A stretch of 64,000 nt of DNA from Verrucomicrobia bacterium UBA3841 (GTDB lineage: Bacteria > Verrucomicrobiota > Kiritimatiellia > RFP12 > UBA1067), in the NCBI GenBank assembly GCA_002392765.1, contig DGHT01000045.1:1315-65314 (forward strand). The letters are read 5' to 3'. A program made the position numbers and the translations under genes. The notes beneath the pieces are model-generated. The model searched no databases. It saw only the letters and a program-made list of their open reading frames with translations, and was not told where the DNA came from. This document shows, piece by piece, positions 61,379-64,000 of this stretch (the stretch's first letter is position 1; each line of letters opens with the position of its first letter).

Positions 61379-61876
61379 TCAGGATTGTTCGCCGAACAGC
61401 TTCCCGCGTTCGTTCAGCTCCATGATGTTGCGCCCGGCGCTGCGCATGACTTCCCTGCGCCAGAGTTCCACGAGCGCGACGTCCCACGGATCGTCCACGC
61501 CCTGGAGGACGGCGGCGAACTTGTCGTTCTTGACTATCGCCTCGCGCTTGATCTTCGCCGCGACCGCTTCGATCGGTTCCGTAAGGACCGTCTCGGAGAA
61601 ATTGTCGCTCTTCAAATGGTATCCGTACTCGAGTATGCGCAGGTTCTTCTCCGTCTGTCTCAGAAATTCGAGATATTCCTGCGCCGCCTCGCCGAGTCCG
61701 TCCGTCGTTATCCCAGAGAAATCGGGGGTTATGACGAGAGGCTTGTGCGCTTCCAGACGGCCCTCGCGGATGCGGATCTTCCCGGGTCTGTCCTCTATCT
61801 CGGAAATAAGATGGTAGTTGACGAGCGTGGAGCCGAACGTCTCCAGTCCGTGCGAAGGCGAAAGGAATATCTTCAC
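61379..61876 (-). CDS. hypothetical protein (about 165 aa, GTG start proposed)
   Basis: Only the C-terminal 165 aa of track ORF 61379..62500 have non-biased composition (VKIFLSPSHGLETFG...). The upstream part overlaps the HAD gene. I recognise no motif. Confidence 0.35.
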   Translation of the reverse strand: MKIFLSPSHGLETFGSTLVNYHLISEIEDRPGKIRIREGRLEAHKPLVITPDFSGITTDGLGEAAQEYLEFLRQTEKNLRILEYGYHLKSDNFSETVLTEPIEAVAAKIKREAIVKNDKFAAVLQGVDDPWDVALVELWRREVMRSAGRNIMELNERGKLFGEQS

Positions 61877-61917
61877 GTTCCTCGCCGCGTACCACCTGTC
61901 GAAACCCGCGTCCGCGC

Positions 61918-62580
61918 TCACGGCAGTTCCTCCATTTCCGAAAGATCTCCCACTATCCACCTGGCGCCAGGGAAATCCGAGGCCGGATTCCCGCGGCGGT
62001 TGACGGCGATCGCCGGCATTCCCGCCGCGACAGCGGACGCCACCCCGACGGGCGAATCTTCGACGACGACGCACCGCGACGGTTCGACGCCGAGAAGTTC
62101 GGCGGCTTTCAGGTATCCGTCGGGTTCCGGTTTGCCGCGCGCGTAGTCGCCCGCGCCGAGAACGAGCGCCACCATGCCGGCAAGCCCGCAGTCCGCCGCC
62201 GCCGCGAGCACGTCGCCGCGCGGCGAGCCGGAAACGATCGCGCAGGGCGCGGCTGCGGCCGCCTTCTTGAAGAACGCGACCGCGGACTTTATGATTTTGG
62301 GCGCGGCCGAATATTTTTTGTAGAACGAACGAAGCTCCGCGGCGTCCTGTTCGAGCGGCGACTCGCCGATCGCCGGAAAGCGCCTGTGCAGGTCGCGGTC
62401 GATATCGATCCAGTTGCGTCCGATGATGGATGGCAGTATGTCCTCGAAGCGCGCGCTCTGCGAGCGCGACGCAAGCCAGTCGACCATCGCGCGGGCCCAA
62501 TACTCCTCGGTATCGACCAGCGTGCCGTCAAGATCGAAAAGGAACGCTCCCGCCTTCAACTCGCCTTCGCTCCGCAGCAT
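61918..62580 (-). CDS. HAD-superfamily hydrolase (beta-phosphoglucomutase-like subfamily)
   Basis: Start taken at [25 protein letters not shown] (the DxDGT motif). Also present are VSGSPRG and [17 protein letters not shown]. Confidence 0.7.
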   Translation of the reverse strand: MLRSEGELKAGAFLFDLDGTLVDTEEYWARAMVDWLASRSQSARFEDILPSIIGRNWIDIDRDLHRRFPAIGESPLEQDAAELRSFYKKYSAAPKIIKSAVAFFKKAAAAAPCAIVSGSPRGDVLAAAADCGLAGMVALVLGAGDYARGKPEPDGYLKAAELLGVEPSRCVVVEDSPVGVASAVAAGMPAIAVNRRGNPASDFPGARWIVGDLSEMEELP

Positions 62581-63074
62581 TTCTTGTATTTCTTCCCGCT
62601 GCCGCAGGGACACGGATCGTTGCGCCCCACCTTGGGGGATTCGCGTCTCTCCGGCTCCTCGGGCACGAGTTCGCCGTCGTCGAACTTCCATCCGTCGGCC
62701 TCCTTGACGAAAACCGCCCGTTCGCGATGGTTGCAATATTCGTTGTTCGCGGTGTACTTGGCACGGAATTCGACGACGCCTTCGGTGTCGTTCTCTCCAC
62801 CCTTCTCGGTGCTTATTATCGTAAGGCCGTGCCACGTCGCCGCCTTGCTCCAGGCGGCGCTGACCTTCTCGTTGAATTCGTCCTGCACCTTTTTCGTGCC
62901 GCTCTCCTTGAGAAACGGTATCGAACCCGTCGCGTACGCGCTGTATCTGGCGCGCATCAAAGCCTCCGCCGTGCGGGCCTTCGCCTTGCCTTCCAGAATC
63001 GGCCCGCAGCATTCTCCGTAAGCGCTGCCGCTGCCGCAGGGACAACTGTCTTGTTCGTTTATGCTCATAGTCAT
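62556..63074 (-). CDS. YchJ-like SEC-C motif protein (UPF0225)
   Basis: SEC-C metal-binding motifs occur at both ends ([13 protein letters not shown]; [15 protein letters not shown]). Confidence 0.8.
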   Translation of the reverse strand: MTMSINEQDSCPCGSGSAYGECCGPILEGKAKARTAEALMRARYSAYATGSIPFLKESGTKKVQDEFNEKVSAAWSKAATWHGLTIISTEKGGENDTEGVVEFRAKYTANNEYCNHRERAVFVKEADGWKFDDGELVPEEPERRESPKVGRNDPCPCGSGKKYKKCCGAKAS

Positions 63075-63152
63075 ACTATTCTATCAAATATTGTGGTGGA
63101 ATTGCAAAAAAAATTAAAAATTACGGGGGAAAATTTGGTATAATAACAGGCA

Positions 63153-64000
63153 TGGACATCTATTCGAAAAATATCGCGGCGGCTTGCCTGGCCGCGCTGG
63201 CAGTCGCTTTCGCCCCGCAGGGCCATTGCAAAACGAAAGTCGTGACGACGACTTTCCCGCTTTACGACTGGACGAGAAACGCGATAGGCGCGGAAACCAA
63301 CGATTTCGAGCTTGTTCTTCTGGAAACGTCCGGAGCGGACATGCACAGCTTCCGTCCGACGATGCGCGACGTGAAAAACATGAGGGAATGCGATGTATTC
63401 GTCCAGATCGGGGGCGAATCCGACGAATGGATCGACAAGGCGCTCGCCGACGGCCAAGGATTGTCGCGCAAAACGGTCAAGGTTCTCGACATCCTCGGCA
63501 GCGAAGCCGTCGACGACGGGGACGGCGACAGGGACGAACACGTGTGGCTCTCTCCGCGCAGGGCGGAAAAGATCGCCGGAGCGATTGCCCAGACTCTCGC
63601 AGCCGCCGAGCCGTGGAAGCGCGAGACGGTCGTCTCGAACGCGACAGCCTATTGCGCAAGCCTGTCGGCGCTGGACGCCGAATACGCCGCGCGGCTCTCA
63701 AAACCGGCGCGGAGAACGCTCGTAATTGCCGACCGCAACCCGCTGCGATACCTGACCGCCGACTACTCGCTCGATGCGGTCGCCGCGTTTTCCGGATGCG
63801 GCGCCGAATCCGAGGCGAGTTTCAAAACCGTCGTCTCGCTGGCGAAAAAGGCCGATTCCCTCGGCGCGAACGCCCTGCTTGTTCTAGAAAACGGCAACCG
63901 CAGGCTTGCGGCGTCGGTGAACAGGGCGACGAAGCGCAAAAATCTGAAGACGGTCGAGTTCGACTCGCTCCAGTCTGTTTCGTCAGGCGACGTCGAATCG
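63153..64000 (+). CDS. ZnuA/TroA-like metal ABC transporter substrate-binding protein (3' end outside the window)
   Basis: My own translation is MDIYSKNIAAACLAALAVAFAPQGHCKTKVVTTTFPLYDWTRNAIG...DMHSFRPTMRDVKNMRECDVFVQIGGESDEW. The frame is open to the window edge, so it is absent from the ORF track. Confidence 0.7.

Noticed and set aside
63136-63144. An extended -10 element (TGgTATAAT) only about 9 nt before the ZnuA-like ATG, suggesting a leaderless mRNA or a Zur-regulated promoter.
   Set aside because: I recognised no -35 element and no Zur-box palindrome. The start codon could also lie further downstream. The evidence is too weak to call.
63071-63541. A 156-aa minus-strand ORF and other small ORFs at the right edge.
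   Set aside because: They are antisense to the clearly ZnuA/TroA-like plus-strand frame that is open to the window end, and their composition is biased.

Overview
This is mostly high-GC bacterial chromosome. It carries secreted glycoside hydrolases at the left end, and a roughly 20-kb co-directional minus-strand housekeeping run on the right (43.1-63.1 kb) in which many genes share 4-nt ATGA start/stop overlaps. I cannot assign a taxon without a database search. Between these lie three accessory regions.

(1) 11.7-14.7 kb is a compact RiPP-like locus. It has an ABC exporter, an unannotated 41-aa Thr/Asp/Glu-rich peptide followed by a hairpin, and an MdnC/MvdD-like ATP-grasp ligase. A decayed second copy sits at 42.5-43.2 kb.

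(2) 14.7-20.4 kb is a patch of intact and fragmentary AAA+/DUF4143 ATPase genes. They are separated by a modular hairpin (REP-like) repeat family and by 23-bp tandem repeats.

(3) 22.6-36.7 kb is the standout: a visibly AT-richer island with no integrase. A tight minus-strand operon encodes, in order:
- a 58-aa protein
- a McrB-like AAA+ NTPase
- a McrC/DUF2357-like PD-(D/E)xK nuclease
- a 1715-aa single-chain fusion of RNA polymerase beta and beta' (GRHGNKG, GEMEVWA, AADFDGD and the bridge helix are all present)
- a roughly 223-aa truncated sigma-54-like protein

This operon converges on an RtcR-like CARF plus sigma-54-activator AAA+ protein. I read the island as a self-contained bEBP / sigma-54-like / RNAP transcription module coupled to an McrBC-like module. 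Whether it is already described cannot be decided without searches.

A repeat-delimited cassette-like stretch follows at 37.0-41.2 kb (Fic, RelB/RelE, an orphan HigA-like antitoxin, a SHOCT membrane protein).

No rRNA, tRNA or CRISPR array was recognised.
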